From the NCBI GenBank assembly GCA_965219995.1, contig CBDCOX010000002.1:5120001-5184000 (forward strand): a DNA stretch of 64,000 nt. The letters are read 5' to 3'. Below the pieces are notes generated by a model. It did no database searches, was not told where the DNA came from, and saw nothing but the letters and a program-made list of their open reading frames with translations. Below, piece by piece: positions 27,274 through 38,315 of this stretch. How positions within the stretch are numbered: position 1 is the first letter of the stretch; each line of letters opens with the position of its first letter. This DNA comes from Candidatus Latescibacterota bacterium (GTDB lineage: Bacteria; Latescibacterota; UBA2968; GCA-2709665). The translations under genes and the position numbers were made by a program.

Positions 27274-27636
27274 TCAATACCCGTAGGCGATTCCCAGGCG
27301 AACCGCAGCCGCCCGCAGATTACCCTCGGAAGTCCACAGCAGCAGGTCCGACAGGCGGGCGGAAGCCATCAGGTGCGCGTCGATATAGCCCACCCCCGCG
27401 GCCGACAACCTGTGGTGATCGATGAAATGCAGGACCTCCCGCTGGCTGGCCGCGGATGCCTGCGGAAGCGTCTGGATCAGCGCGAGGAATTCCGTTCTGT
27501 TGTCCAGTGTCCCGCAGGCAAGTTCTCCGACGATCAGCGGATGGCTGGCGACCCTGGCTTCACGAAGGAGCGACCTCAGGCGTTGATTCCCCGAGCGGAG
27601 GAACGAGACCCATATCGGCGTATCGACAAGGACCAT
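27274..27636 (-). CDS. vapC: VapC PIN-domain toxin
   Basis: VLVDTPIW, HPLIVGELACG, GYIDAHLMASA, LWT. Confidence 0.9.
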   Translation of the reverse strand: MVLVDTPIWVSFLRSGNQRLRSLLREARVASHPLIVGELACGTLDNRTEFLALIQTLPQASAASQREVLHFIDHHRLSAAGVGYIDAHLMASARLSDLLLWTSEGNLRAAAVRLGIAYGY

Positions 27637-27638
27637 GG

Positions 27639-27836
27639 CTACGGATTTTCCGATCGACGCCTCGGGACCGGCAGCAGACTTTCCTCAGAGCCTTCGAGTT
27701 CCGCGAGGCGTTTGCTGCTTTCACGGGCGATCAGGGCTTCGAGGCCCAACCTGACCAGAGCGGTTTTCTGTTTGACTCCCGTTAACGTGGATGCACGGCT
27801 CAGCAGGGTATCGTCTATATTCAGTGTCGTTCGCAT
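27639..27836 (-). CDS. vapB: VapB antitoxin
   Basis: MRTTLNIDDTLL...KTALVRLGLEALIARE. Confidence 0.9.
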   Translation of the reverse strand: MRTTLNIDDTLLSRASTLTGVKQKTALVRLGLEALIARESSKRLAELEGSEESLLPVPRRRSENP

Positions 27837-27844
27837 ATGTAATA

Positions 27845-27865
27845 ATATGTATATATTATACATAT
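27845..27865. promoter_or_regulatory. Palindromic operator in vapBC promoter
   Basis: ATATGTATA-tat-TATACATAT perfect palindrome; TTGACT on minus strand at 27867-27872. Confidence 0.7.
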
Positions 27866-28234
27866 AAGTCAATAGTAATAATATGCATAGCATGAAGCAC
27901 CGCAGAATCATGCCAGGAGTCGATGCCGCACGAGATTTGCTTTAGCGAGTAAACGACGGTATGTTACGATAACCGGTGAGACGCAAGACGGTAGACGGTA
28001 GATGACATCCCTGCCCGATTGGTTCTTCCTTAATGCCTCCGGCAAGAAATGATTACGCCGGAGCGCCATATTGAATCATCTGCGCCGTGGTCTTGAGACA
28101 GACAAGAACGAGTTATGTTCTCACCCGTGCCTGATTCCTTGCCATAATCGCTACAACAAAAAAAATTATAGGGCACTCATATCCTCTCCCCGCTTACGTC
28201 TAACGTCTCCCCGACTTTAGGAGAGGTGAGACTC

Positions 28235-28672
28235 ATGGCCGAAAAATTCAAACTGATTCCTGAAGCGCACGTCTTTCTGATGAACGGGCGCGGTGAAGTG
28301 TTGCTGTTGCGACGTTTCAATACGGGATACGAGGATGGCAAGTACAGCGTGATCGCGGGGCATATCGACGGGAACGAGGAGGTCCGGGCGGCGGCAGTCA
28401 GGGAAGCCCGGGAGGAGGCGGGAGTCGATATCCGGCTATCGGACATCGAGGTCGTGGGCGTCATGCACCGTAGGAGCGACGGCGAGCGGGTGTCGTTCTT
28501 TCTTGCCGCCTCCAGGTGGCGCGGCAATGTTGTCAACGCCGAGCCCGGTCTGTGTGACGACCTGTCCTGGCATTCGGTACACGACCTCCCCGACAATATG
28601 GTGCCGTACGTCAGGACAGCGATCGAGAATTACCTGAACGGCAGGTTCTACGACAGCTTCGGCTGGGACTGA
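28235..28672 (+). CDS. NUDIX hydrolase
   Basis: GHIDGNEEVRAAAVREAREEAGV Nudix box. Confidence 0.92.
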   Translation: MAEKFKLIPEAHVFLMNGRGEVLLLRRFNTGYEDGKYSVIAGHIDGNEEVRAAAVREAREEAGVDIRLSDIEVVGVMHRRSDGERVSFFLAASRWRGNVVNAEPGLCDDLSWHSVHDLPDNMVPYVRTAIENYLNGRFYDSFGWD

Positions 28673-28716
28673 GCATCCCGAAGTCACGGCAGGTTTGAGA
28701 GAGGACTACGATAGAC

Positions 28717-29166
28717 ATGAAAGACAGGACAATCGATCTCACCGTCCCGATACCCCCTCAATTGAGGGTCCTTCTGGTTATACTCGGCATCGTTCACGTC
28801 ATCGGCGGCGCTCTTTTTCTCGGCACCGGACACGGCTTTTTCGGTGTCCTGAATCTGGTCCTCGGCCCGTCGTGGCTGTCGTGGGGCCTGTTCTACGACC
28901 GGATCAACAGGCATGCCGTCGAGAATCATGAGGGGCACGTGAGAGTCACCAGGGGTCTCTTCAGGAGCCGCAGAATACCGTGGGGATCGATTTCCGAGAT
29001 TCGTCTGGCGGCGACGGGAATGGAGATCCGGGTAAGGGAAGGAAAAGGCACGACCGTGAACTTCGGCGGAATGAGTCATGCCGCGAATCAGTCGATAAGA
29101 AACGAGTTTGAATTGAAACTCGTACCCGTTGCCGGCGCCAAGGGGATTCCGGTTGTAGAGGTTTAA
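28717..29166 (+). CDS. Hypothetical membrane protein (2 TM, PH-like tail)
   Basis: Two hydrophobic segments; RRIPWGSISEI. Confidence 0.65.
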   Translation: MKDRTIDLTVPIPPQLRVLLVILGIVHVIGGALFLGTGHGFFGVLNLVLGPSWLSWGLFYDRINRHAVENHEGHVRVTRGLFRSRRIPWGSISEIRLAATGMEIRVREGKGTTVNFGGMSHAANQSIRNEFELKLVPVAGAKGIPVVEV

Positions 29167-29317
29167 CCCTTCCGATTTAAAATCAGAAACTTACATCGAT
29201 AGACAGGATGGACTGGATAAATCCGAACCCGGCCAGGATTAACAGGATTAGAAACCAAGAGCAGGGCAAATGCTCGCGATTCCGGGTCACCGCGTTGAAT
29301 CCGACAGGAGATCCAAC

Positions 29318-30526
29318 ATGAGCGACGGATCGCTCGAAGGTCTCAACTATTTCGCGGAAATCGCGGCGTCGTACGATCGGGTCCAGCCGGTCCTGAGTCC
29401 GCCATACGCGGCGGGCATTAAGATGATCGTCGATCTGATTCCCTTCGGTTCGGACGATCCGTTCAAATTCGTGGATCTCGGCTGCGGTACGGCGGAGCCG
29501 ACGGCGCGGGTGCTGGCGCACTTTCGCCGGTCCGAAGGGTGTTGCATCGACAGTGAACCGGAGATGCTGCGGATTGCGAAGCGCAAACTGACGCCGTACG
29601 GGGACAGGATCGAAGTACGGGAAGCGGACATTACCCGCTGCGCGCTCCGGTCGTGCGACGTGATGTTTTCGGCGAAGAGCAATTCGGTCATCGTGGACAA
29701 GAGCTACCTCCAGGGCGCCGGCATTCACCCACTCCTTGAACTGCAGAACGATTGGAAGCTGTTGTTCCCGAACGCGTTCTTCTTCGAGGTCGCATCCACC
29801 GACAAGACCGCACGCGAACGGTGCCTGGAAAAGCTGCGCCAAATCCATCGGTCCGGACGGCTGCGCGTGGCTCCGAACATGGGCGAACTGCTCCGGAGGG
29901 AGATTCACACGCTGAACGGGGCGGGCCTTCCTTCGGAAAACACCGTCGAGGGTCTGGACCTCGACACCTTCTTCGGCATTCGGTTCGACGACCTCTCAAG
30001 GGCCAGACGCGAGGCACTGCGGAGTACGGAAGCCGACTTCGACCGCGGGGCCGATGGGCTCGTCGCGTGCGCCGGCACGCTGCAAGGGCGGTTTCGCGGT
30101 ACATGCGAAGGCACTACGGAGCAGCGCAAGGAGGCGTACCGCCGCGCCAGGGAGACGGTCGCTCGAGACCCGGATTTCATTACGCGGTTCTTCGCCGATT
30201 TCGTCTGCCAGGGCACCCACGCTCCGCCCGGCGCGCCTTTGCTCGCGACAGCCGCCCGAGACGGCCGGCTTGGACCGCAGTGGACGATCTACCGATGGCT
30301 GCAGGCGCAGCTTCTCTACGGACTCGAGCTAACGGAGGGAAACCCCGGCCTGACCGGAGAGGCCCTCACGCCAGATCTGCGAGAAAGGTTGCAACACGAT
30401 GTGGTCGACATGGAGTACTTGGTGCTCGGCGCGTTGCAGGGCGCCTTGGCCTCCAAAGACAAGCGAATGCGGGGAATGTTCAAGCTGCTCCGGCCTCAAG
30501 GCGTGCTTCTGCCCGTGCGACTGTAA
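29318..30526 (+). CDS. Chimeric ORF: truncated class I SAM methyltransferase fused to a PIN-like protein
   Basis: VDLGCGTA, CIDSEPEML, READI end at CDVMFSAK (~29677); then VIVDKSYLQ...FFEV...HDVVDMEY...LASKDK. Confidence 0.65.
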   Translation: MSDGSLEGLNYFAEIAASYDRVQPVLSPPYAAGIKMIVDLIPFGSDDPFKFVDLGCGTAEPTARVLAHFRRSEGCCIDSEPEMLRIAKRKLTPYGDRIEVREADITRCALRSCDVMFSAKSNSVIVDKSYLQGAGIHPLLELQNDWKLLFPNAFFFEVASTDKTARERCLEKLRQIHRSGRLRVAPNMGELLRREIHTLNGAGLPSENTVEGLDLDTFFGIRFDDLSRARREALRSTEADFDRGADGLVACAGTLQGRFRGTCEGTTEQRKEAYRRARETVARDPDFITRFFADFVCQGTHAPPGAPLLATAARDGRLGPQWTIYRWLQAQLLYGLELTEGNPGLTGEALTPDLRERLQHDVVDMEYLVLGALQGALASKDKRMRGMFKLLRPQGVLLPVRL

Positions 30527-30618
30527 GGGAGGCCTTGGTGTCCCGGGTCGAGTTCAACGCCGGAGATTGGAGAGTTGCATTGGAGTACGTCGGTCACGGT
30601 CTGGCGGGATCGACAGGA

Positions 30619-30649
30619 TTGACGGGCGTGTAGCCTGTTGGCTACTAAT
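30619..30649 (+). promoter_or_regulatory. Toxin-antitoxin promoter with palindromic operator
   Basis: TTGACG ... GTAGCC-tgtt-GGCTAC ... TACTAAT. Confidence 0.6.
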
Positions 30650-30654
30650 TGAGT

Positions 30655-30945
30655 ATGCTGGCAGTTCGCAAGACCGAGGTCTATGCCCGGTGGCTGGACG
30701 GATTGCGCGATGTGCGCGCCCGCGCCCGCGTGCTGGTGCGGGTCGAACGGCTTGCCGGCGGCAACCCGGGTGATGTCAGGCCGGTGGGCGAAGGCGTCTC
30801 CGAACTGCGGATCGACTATGGACCCGGCTACCGGGTGTACTTCAGGCGGCAGGGCCGAACGGTCATCGTGCTGCTGGCGGGCGGCGATAAGCGCAGCCAG
30901 AGCGCCGACATCGAGACGGCCCTGCGCCTTGCGCGGAACCTGTAG
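30655..30945 (+). CDS. RelE/HigB-type addiction module killer protein
   Basis: GNPGDVRPVGEGVSELRIDYGPGYRVYF...LLAGGDKRSQ. Confidence 0.93.
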   Translation: MLAVRKTEVYARWLDGLRDVRARARVLVRVERLAGGNPGDVRPVGEGVSELRIDYGPGYRVYFRRQGRTVIVLLAGGDKRSQSADIETALRLARNL

Positions 30946-30954
30946 GTGGAGACC

Positions 30955-31254
30955 ATGACCAAGACCGCCACATCGCCTTACGACGTTGCCGAGCACCTGC
31001 GCACGCGCGAGGACATGGCGGCGTACCTGGAGGCGTCCATCGAAGAGGCACGCGGCGACGCCGCGTTCGTGGCCAAGGCGCTGGGGGACATCGCCCGCGC
31101 GCGGGGCATGGCACAGGTGGCGAGCGACGCGGGGCTGTCCCGCGAGAGCCTCTACAAGGCGCTGTCCGGCGAGCGCGTTCCGACCTTCGACACCGTTCTC
31201 CGGGTGGTCGGAGCATTGGGGCTCAAGTTGCGGGCCGAGGCTGACACGCTGTAA
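30955..31254 (+). CDS. Addiction module antidote protein (HTH)
   Basis: YDVAEHL, ALGDIARARGMAQVA, LSRESLYKALS. Confidence 0.93.
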   Translation: MTKTATSPYDVAEHLRTREDMAAYLEASIEEARGDAAFVAKALGDIARARGMAQVASDAGLSRESLYKALSGERVPTFDTVLRVVGALGLKLRAEADTL

Positions 31255-31321
31255 GGGACGCCCTTGTGGTGGCCCGTCTCGCTGCATTGCTCGCCCCGCC
31301 ACAGGCGATCGCGAGTCGCCG

Positions 31322-31909
31322 CTACAGAACGATGTCGATCTCTGCGTTGAGCCTGCCCTCGCCGGCGGGAGTCAGGTTCGTGGTCTGCAGCGCTGCCGCC
31401 TCGCGGGATCGCGCTTGGCGTGCGGCGTCTCCAAGTCCGGCGAAGTAGACCTGGCTGGTCAGCAGTTCCTCCCCGTCCGACCACACCTTGTAGTGCACGT
31501 GCGGGACCGGTCTGGCTCGGTAGCTGCCCGGCACGTAGGTGCGGAAGCCGAACGCGCCGGCGTCGTCCGTCACGGCCTCGCCGTAGTACAGGAACTCCTC
31601 CATCAGGCGCTCCTGGCCCCGGTCGCGCGGGTGCTTGTACCGCCCCTCGGGGTCCGTCTGCCAGATGTCCACGACCACGCCGACGCGGGGCGTCGCGTCC
31701 GGCGCGAGCACGCGCCCGCCGAGGTGGAGGACATCGGTTCTCGGGGTGCCGACGATCAGGTCGCTCGTACGGTTACGGGGGCCGCGCGGATAGAACGGCC
31801 CGGTATAGTCGCGTGGGGTCTTCGGGAGCGGCTCCGCCATCGAGAGAGGTCCCGTACCGGCAATGAGGCTGGCGGCGACCGCGGATCGAACCAGCTTGCG
31901 TCGATTCAT
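31322..31909 (-). CDS. Intradiol ring-cleavage dioxygenase-like protein, Tat signal
   Basis: NRRKLV; GPFY, DIWQTDPEGRY, PGSY, RPVPHVHY, LTSQVYF. Confidence 0.88.
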   Translation of the reverse strand: MNRRKLVRSAVAASLIAGTGPLSMAEPLPKTPRDYTGPFYPRGPRNRTSDLIVGTPRTDVLHLGGRVLAPDATPRVGVVVDIWQTDPEGRYKHPRDRGQERLMEEFLYYGEAVTDDAGAFGFRTYVPGSYRARPVPHVHYKVWSDGEELLTSQVYFAGLGDAARQARSREAAALQTTNLTPAGEGRLNAEIDIVL

Positions 31910-31998
31910 CGCACGTCCCTCCTGCCCTGACTATACGCCTTTCGGAGGGCGTTCCGTCGCTGCTTCTACGCCGCTTCTATGCCGCTCCTGGGCCGCTC

Positions 31999-33138
31999 CT
32001 ACGCCGCTTCTCCGATCACCTCGTCCGCCAGCAGCGCGCGGTGGTGCTTCGCGTCGCCGAGCAGCACCTGGCCGTGCATCTGCCGCTTGAAGAAGAGGTG
32101 CACGTAGCACTCCCAAGTGAACCCGATGCCGCCGTGGAACTGCACGGCGCGGCTCGCCGTCGTGACCGCCATGTCGCTGGCTGCTGCTTTCGCCATGCGC
32201 GCATACCGCAGCGCCCGCTCCGGCTCGTGGTCCACCGTGCAGGCCGCGTGATACGTCAGCGACCTCGCGGCGTCGATGTCGATCATGCAGTTCACCAGCG
32301 GGTGCTTGATCGCCTGGAAGAAGCCGAGCAGCCGGTCGAACTGCGTGCGCGTGCGCGCGTACTCCGCCGTCGTCTGCAGCAGCCACTCGCCCGAGCCCAC
32401 CATGTCCGCGGACACGACGCAGAGCATGGCCGGCAGGGCCGCGGCGACGGCGGCATCCCCCTGTCCCGGCGCCGCAATCTCGACCGCGTCGACCGACTCG
32501 AAGGACAGCGTCGCCTGGTCTCGCGTCAGGTCCACGATCGCATCGGATTCGATCGAGAGCCCCGGGGCGCCGGCGTCCACGACGTAGAGCCCCGTGCCCC
32601 GTGTGTCCCGCGCACGCACGAGGAACCGTTCCGCCTTGCGCGCTTCCTGCACGAAGGCGGCCTCGCCGGAGAGCCGTCCGTCCTCGCACGTCACGTCCGT
32701 GGCGCCATCGCCGAAGTCCCCGCGGCGGTCGTGGATCGCGACGCTCGTCGCCGCGCCCGCCGCGATGTCGCGCAGGGCCTGCTGGGCGGTCGTGGTCCCG
32801 CAAGCGTTGAGCAGAAACGTCGCCTGGAACGTACTCAGGAGCGGTGCAGGGAAGCCCGCCCGGCCCACTTCCTCCGCGAGGGCGACCGCCGCGACCAGGG
32901 GCATGCCGACGCCCCCTTCGCGCTCGGGCACGCACACCGCGGGCCAGCCGAGCTCGACGATCTGCGCCCAGTCTTCCCGGACCCAAGCCGCCTCGTTGGG
33001 CCGGTGCATGTCGTGGTCGTGAGCCACCAGCGCGTGCAGCTTGTCCGGGCTGTAGCGATCCTCGAAGAACCTGCGCGCCGAGTCGCGCAGCATCGCCTCG
33101 TCGGCGCCGAATCCGAAGTCTCCCGGTGCTTCCGCCAT
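31999..33138 (-). CDS. Acyl-CoA dehydrogenase
   Basis: PEREGGVG, EYARTRTQFDRLLGFFQAIKH, QFHGGIGFTWE. Confidence 0.92.
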   Translation of the reverse strand: MAEAPGDFGFGADEAMLRDSARRFFEDRYSPDKLHALVAHDHDMHRPNEAAWVREDWAQIVELGWPAVCVPEREGGVGMPLVAAVALAEEVGRAGFPAPLLSTFQATFLLNACGTTTAQQALRDIAAGAATSVAIHDRRGDFGDGATDVTCEDGRLSGEAAFVQEARKAERFLVRARDTRGTGLYVVDAGAPGLSIESDAIVDLTRDQATLSFESVDAVEIAAPGQGDAAVAAALPAMLCVVSADMVGSGEWLLQTTAEYARTRTQFDRLLGFFQAIKHPLVNCMIDIDAARSLTYHAACTVDHEPERALRYARMAKAAASDMAVTTASRAVQFHGGIGFTWECYVHLFFKRQMHGQVLLGDAKHHRALLADEVIGEAA

Positions 33139-33155
33139 TCCCGGCTCCAGGCCCG

Positions 33156-34391
<1,236 letters not shown>

Positions 34392-34553
34392 CGCGCACCG
34401 TGGGCTTCGGTCAAGGGCTGCAGCCTCATTGGATAGCAGAAGCGCTCCCCTCCGCAAATCGACCGCACCGGACGGGCGGCCGACATGCAAACGCGCAGCT
34501 GTAGGACTACGCTGCACCGGTTTCGGCGGCAGCGCGTGCGCAGGAGGCGGCTA

Positions 34554-35588
34554 ATGAACCGATGGTTGATCGTCACGGCCCTGGCCCTGCTGCCGTTCGG
34601 TATCGAGAACGCTCCGGCGTCCGCCGCCGAGTTCCCCCTGGAACTCGCCGCCGCCCTCCAACTCACTGCCGAGGAAGCGGAGCGTCTGGAAGCGCTTCTG
34701 GAGACCGACCCGGACCACGTGCAGACCCGGAGCAAGCTCGTCGTGCATTACCTCCAGCAAGCCATCCTCGATCCGGCTGTCCGGCGGACTCGCAACCAGC
34801 ACCTGCTCTGGCTGATCCGAAACGCCCCGCAGGCGGACGTGTTGAGTACGCCACACGCGCAGATCCAGCCCTTCCAGGACAGGGCGAGCTACGACGCCGG
34901 GAAGTCCGCGTGGCTCAGCTACATCGAGCGGGAGCCGAGCAACGTCACCTTCGTCTGCCACGCAGCGAACTTCTTCTCGCCCCTGGCGGATCTTGAACTC
35001 CACATGGAGACGTTGCTGAAGGCGCAGGCGCTCGATCCCGACAACTACCACTGGCCATTCGTGTTGGGTCAGCAGTACCTCCGGGACGCGATGTTCAACG
35101 AAGACCCGTCGACCGCGGTGCTGGCCCTCGAGCAGTTCGAACGGGCGTACGAGGTCGCCGCCAGCGACCACGAGCGGTCATTTCAACTGGTCTCACTCGC
35201 CAAGTCCGCATTCCTGGCCGAGCGACACGACGATGCGAGCGCCTACGCGACGGCCATGCTGGAGGACGCCCCCGGCGGCTGGGACCAAGGGAATCAGCTT
35301 CATCACGGGAACCTGATTCTCGGCAGAATCGCCCTGCTGGAGGACGACGTCGAGGCGGCGAAGCAGCACCTGCTCCAGGCGGGCAAGGTCTCCGGATCAC
35401 CCCAGTTGGGTTCTTTCGGTCCGAACATGCGCCTCGCGGCGGATCTGCTCGAGCGCGGCGAGCGCGAAGTCGTACTCGAGTACTTCAGGCTGTGCGCGAA
35501 CTTCTGGCCCCGCGACGAACTGAAGGACTGGACCGCGCTCGTCGAGGCCGGCAAGGCGCCAGACTTCGGGGCGAACCTGGTCTACTGA
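34554..35588 (+). CDS. Secreted TPR-like helical-repeat protein
   Basis: Signal peptide; KAQALDPDN; LHHGNLILGRIAL; SPQLGSFGPNMRLA. Confidence 0.75.
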   Translation: MNRWLIVTALALLPFGIENAPASAAEFPLELAAALQLTAEEAERLEALLETDPDHVQTRSKLVVHYLQQAILDPAVRRTRNQHLLWLIRNAPQADVLSTPHAQIQPFQDRASYDAGKSAWLSYIEREPSNVTFVCHAANFFSPLADLELHMETLLKAQALDPDNYHWPFVLGQQYLRDAMFNEDPSTAVLALEQFERAYEVAASDHERSFQLVSLAKSAFLAERHDDASAYATAMLEDAPGGWDQGNQLHHGNLILGRIALLEDDVEAAKQHLLQAGKVSGSPQLGSFGPNMRLAADLLERGEREVVLEYFRLCANFWPRDELKDWTALVEAGKAPDFGANLVY

Positions 35589-36256
35589 AAAGGTCCCGAG
35601 AAGACGGCCCCGCCGAACCCGTCCACCGTCGCAAAGTCCCCCACCGGCTTGCGCGTGAGCCGGGTCAACTGCCTGACGGGCTTGCCGATCGGCACCATCG
35701 CGGCGAGCGCATGGCTCTCCGGAATGCCGAACAGCGCCTTCGCCTGCGGCTCCTGGGCGACCAGGAAGGTCGTCAGCACCCCGCCCAGCCCTTCGTTGCG
35801 GGCGGCGAGCAGGATGTTCCACACGAACGGGTAGATGGAGCCGCCGGGGACCACCCCGATGCGGGACAGGTGCTGGTCCATGGCGGCCACCACCGAGAGG
35901 TCGACCGTGACGAGCAGCAGCACGGGTGCGTGTACCAGGCCCTCGATGAAGCCGCGCGGAATCCTTGTCGCGTCGATGGCGGCCTGGTCGACATCGGCCG
36001 GCTCGACCGTGTTCCAGGGGTTGGCGCCGGCCCGGACCTCCGCCAGGTAGCGCTTGAACGTAGGTTCGATCAGGGGACCGAGCGCCGCGCGTTTCGCCGG
36101 GTCGCGCACCACGATGACGTGCCAGCCCTGCCGGTTGCCCCCGCTCGGCGCGAAGCGGGCATGATCCAGGATGCGGTGCAGCACCTGGTCGGGCACCGGC
36201 TCGCCGGTGAACTCCCTGGCCGCGAACGTGGTTCGCATGGCGTCGTACAGGTCCAT
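35582..36256 (-). CDS. Nitroreductase family protein
   Basis: AREFTGEPVPD, ARFAPSGGNRQGW, NILLAARNEGLG. Confidence 0.9.
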   Translation of the reverse strand: MDLYDAMRTTFAAREFTGEPVPDQVLHRILDHARFAPSGGNRQGWHVIVVRDPAKRAALGPLIEPTFKRYLAEVRAGANPWNTVEPADVDQAAIDATRIPRGFIEGLVHAPVLLLVTVDLSVVAAMDQHLSRIGVVPGGSIYPFVWNILLAARNEGLGGVLTTFLVAQEPQAKALFGIPESHALAAMVPIGKPVRQLTRLTRKPVGDFATVDGFGGAVFSGPFQ

Positions 36257-36311
36257 GTCAGGCCTCCTCCCGTCGATCTCGAGGCGCGATTCCGCCGCCG
36301 ATTCCGGAGCG

Positions 36312-37085
36312 CTATCGCCCCGTGTTCACCATCACCCGGTGCATCACCCGCGGATGCGGCTTGTCGCGCACGATGTAATGCTGGGTCTTCTCGTTGTCCC
36401 AGATCACCAGCGTCCCCGGACGCCAGGAGACGCGGAGCTGCAGCTCCGGCACCGCGGTCTGGCGGAACAGGTAGGCGAGCAGCGTGTCGCTCTCCTCCTC
36501 GCGCAGTTCGCGGATGCGTGTCGTGTAGAGCTGGTTGACGTAGAGCGACTTGACGCCGGTGTCCGGGTCCTCCATGACCACCGGATGCACGACGGGCTCC
36601 GCGTCGGGCTTGGCGCTGCCCCAACTGTTGAGCGCGGTCAGTGTCTCAAGGAACTCCCGGAGCGGCGGCGACAGCCGGCGGTAGGCGCCCTCCATGTCGG
36701 CGAACAGCGTGTCGCGGCCGTAAGGGGGCACGTCGATCGCCTGCAGGAACGTGTACCACTGGGTCTTCTCGCGGGGCGGGCCGTCGGTGTGCCAGCTATC
36801 TCCCACGTCGACGCCGGTCGGGTACTCGCTGCCCGTGATCCGCTTGACGCCCACGTGTCCCGGGACGTCGTCCCAGATCGGATGCGCCACGCGTTCCGCG
36901 GCACCGAACTCCTCGGCGAAGGCGAGCAGGTCGTCGGGCTGCACCGCGGCCTGGTCCCGCAGCACCAGGACCTTGTGCTGACGCAGGGCACGTTTCACCT
37001 CGCCCACGGCGCCGGCTTCCCGGCAGCGCAGGTCCACGCCGTCGACGCGCGCCCCGAGGGTTCCGTTCAGCGGTTGCAGGTCCAC
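36312..37085 (-). CDS. TauD/TfdA Fe(II)/2-oxoglutarate dioxygenase
   Basis: WHTDG (HxD), DTLFADM, HPVV, WDNEKTQH, MHRV. Confidence 0.92.
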   Translation of the reverse strand: MDLQPLNGTLGARVDGVDLRCREAGAVGEVKRALRQHKVLVLRDQAAVQPDDLLAFAEEFGAAERVAHPIWDDVPGHVGVKRITGSEYPTGVDVGDSWHTDGPPREKTQWYTFLQAIDVPPYGRDTLFADMEGAYRRLSPPLREFLETLTALNSWGSAKPDAEPVVHPVVMEDPDTGVKSLYVNQLYTTRIRELREEESDTLLAYLFRQTAVPELQLRVSWRPGTLVIWDNEKTQHYIVRDKPHPRVMHRVMVNTGR

Positions 37086-37095
37086 GGCCCTGGCG

Positions 37096-38220
37096 TCAGT
37101 CCGTTGGCTCGCCCCGCGGCACGTGCTGGAACTGCCGGTGGATCTCGACGATCCCGAAGGACGCCACCGCCGCCCAGGCCGCGAAGGCCGCAGCCACCCA
37201 GGTCGCCGGGAGCACCAGGAACGCGGCGAGCCAGCCCGCGGTGAAGAAACGGATGCGGCGCATCATCTTCGGCGCAGGGACCGATGGCGTATCGCCCTCC
37301 CGGCCCAGCGGAAATGCCCGCGGACGCAGGAACCAGCCATGCGCCAGGAGGATGCTCAGGAAGACGGGCCACGAGACGTCCTTCCTCGCGAATTCAGGCG
37401 CTTCGTCCAGCGGCGCGTCCGAGGCGTCCCTACCGAGCCGCGACTCGATCTCGCGCCACACGTACTGGGGCGTGGGGCGCTGACCGGCGCCGCTCATGTT
37501 GCTGTACTGCGGACGGCACCGCCACCGGTAGAGGATGCGGCCGCCGCGCCCGACCGCCAGCACGGCGGGCTGGAAGTAGCCCTTTGGGTGACTGGCCCAG
37601 GAACGCATCCGGAGGTGTCCGTAGTCTTCGTTGGCGAACAGGCTGAGCCAGCCCCGGTCCCGCAGGTCGTCCCGGATTTCGTGGTGGGGGTCGCCGACGC
37701 AGGGGAAGCCGATCTCCCAAGCCTCTTCCGCCTCCGTCGCGAGGCTCTGCGGCTCGCTGGTCATCCCGAAGACCTCGCCGCCGGCGGCGCGCACGGCGTC
37801 CAGGACACCGGACTTCACGTAGCTCCGCAACTCGGAGCGGCAGGGAGGTCACCATAACCCGCGGTAGTACAGCAGCAGGATGAAGTCGTGCCGTTCGAGC
37901 TGCTGGTCGAGCCATTCCCCGCGTATGCCGACCGGCGGATCGAGGTGGGCAGGGATCCCCGCGGCCCCGGCCGGGATACCGGTCACTTCAAAGCCGCCGC
38001 CAACCGCACTGACCCGCACCTGCTCGCGGATGCAGAGATCGCCGTCGCACAGCACGAGGCCCAGGTCCAGCGGCTCTCCCGCGTTCCCGGCGAGCGCCTC
38101 CTCCGGGTCGACGAGTCCGGTAATCCGAAACCGTGCGTCCTGTTGGGCATTGATCCAGGCCAACGCCGCCTCCGCGGCGGGCTGCAACCGCTCGGGGATT
38201 TCCTCCACAACGCTTGGCAT
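37096..38220 (-). CDS. Probable selenoprotein: AhpC/TSA (peroxiredoxin-like) domain with UxxC and C-terminal TM helices
   Basis: ORFs 37849-38220 and 37096-37830 are in the same frame, separated only by TGA: LLLYYRGLW-U-PPCRSELR; hairpin 10 nt downstream of UGA. Confidence 0.85.
37822..37838 (-). promoter_or_regulatory. Candidate bacterial SECIS hairpin
   Basis: mRNA: UGA-10 nt-GCUCCG AGUUG CGGAGC (6-bp stem, GU-containing loop). Confidence 0.6.
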
Positions 38221-38315
38221 ACTGCCTCCCGGCCCGTGGCCGCATTGGACAGCAGAAGCCCGCCATTGTGCAATCGCCGCCGCCGGATCACCCGACAACG
38301 AGCAGGAGCGAACCC

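Noticed and set aside
27900-28230. Possible ncRNA or gene in the vapB-NUDIX intergenic region
   Set aside because: No recognisable RNA motif or credible ORF; only short heptamer repeats.
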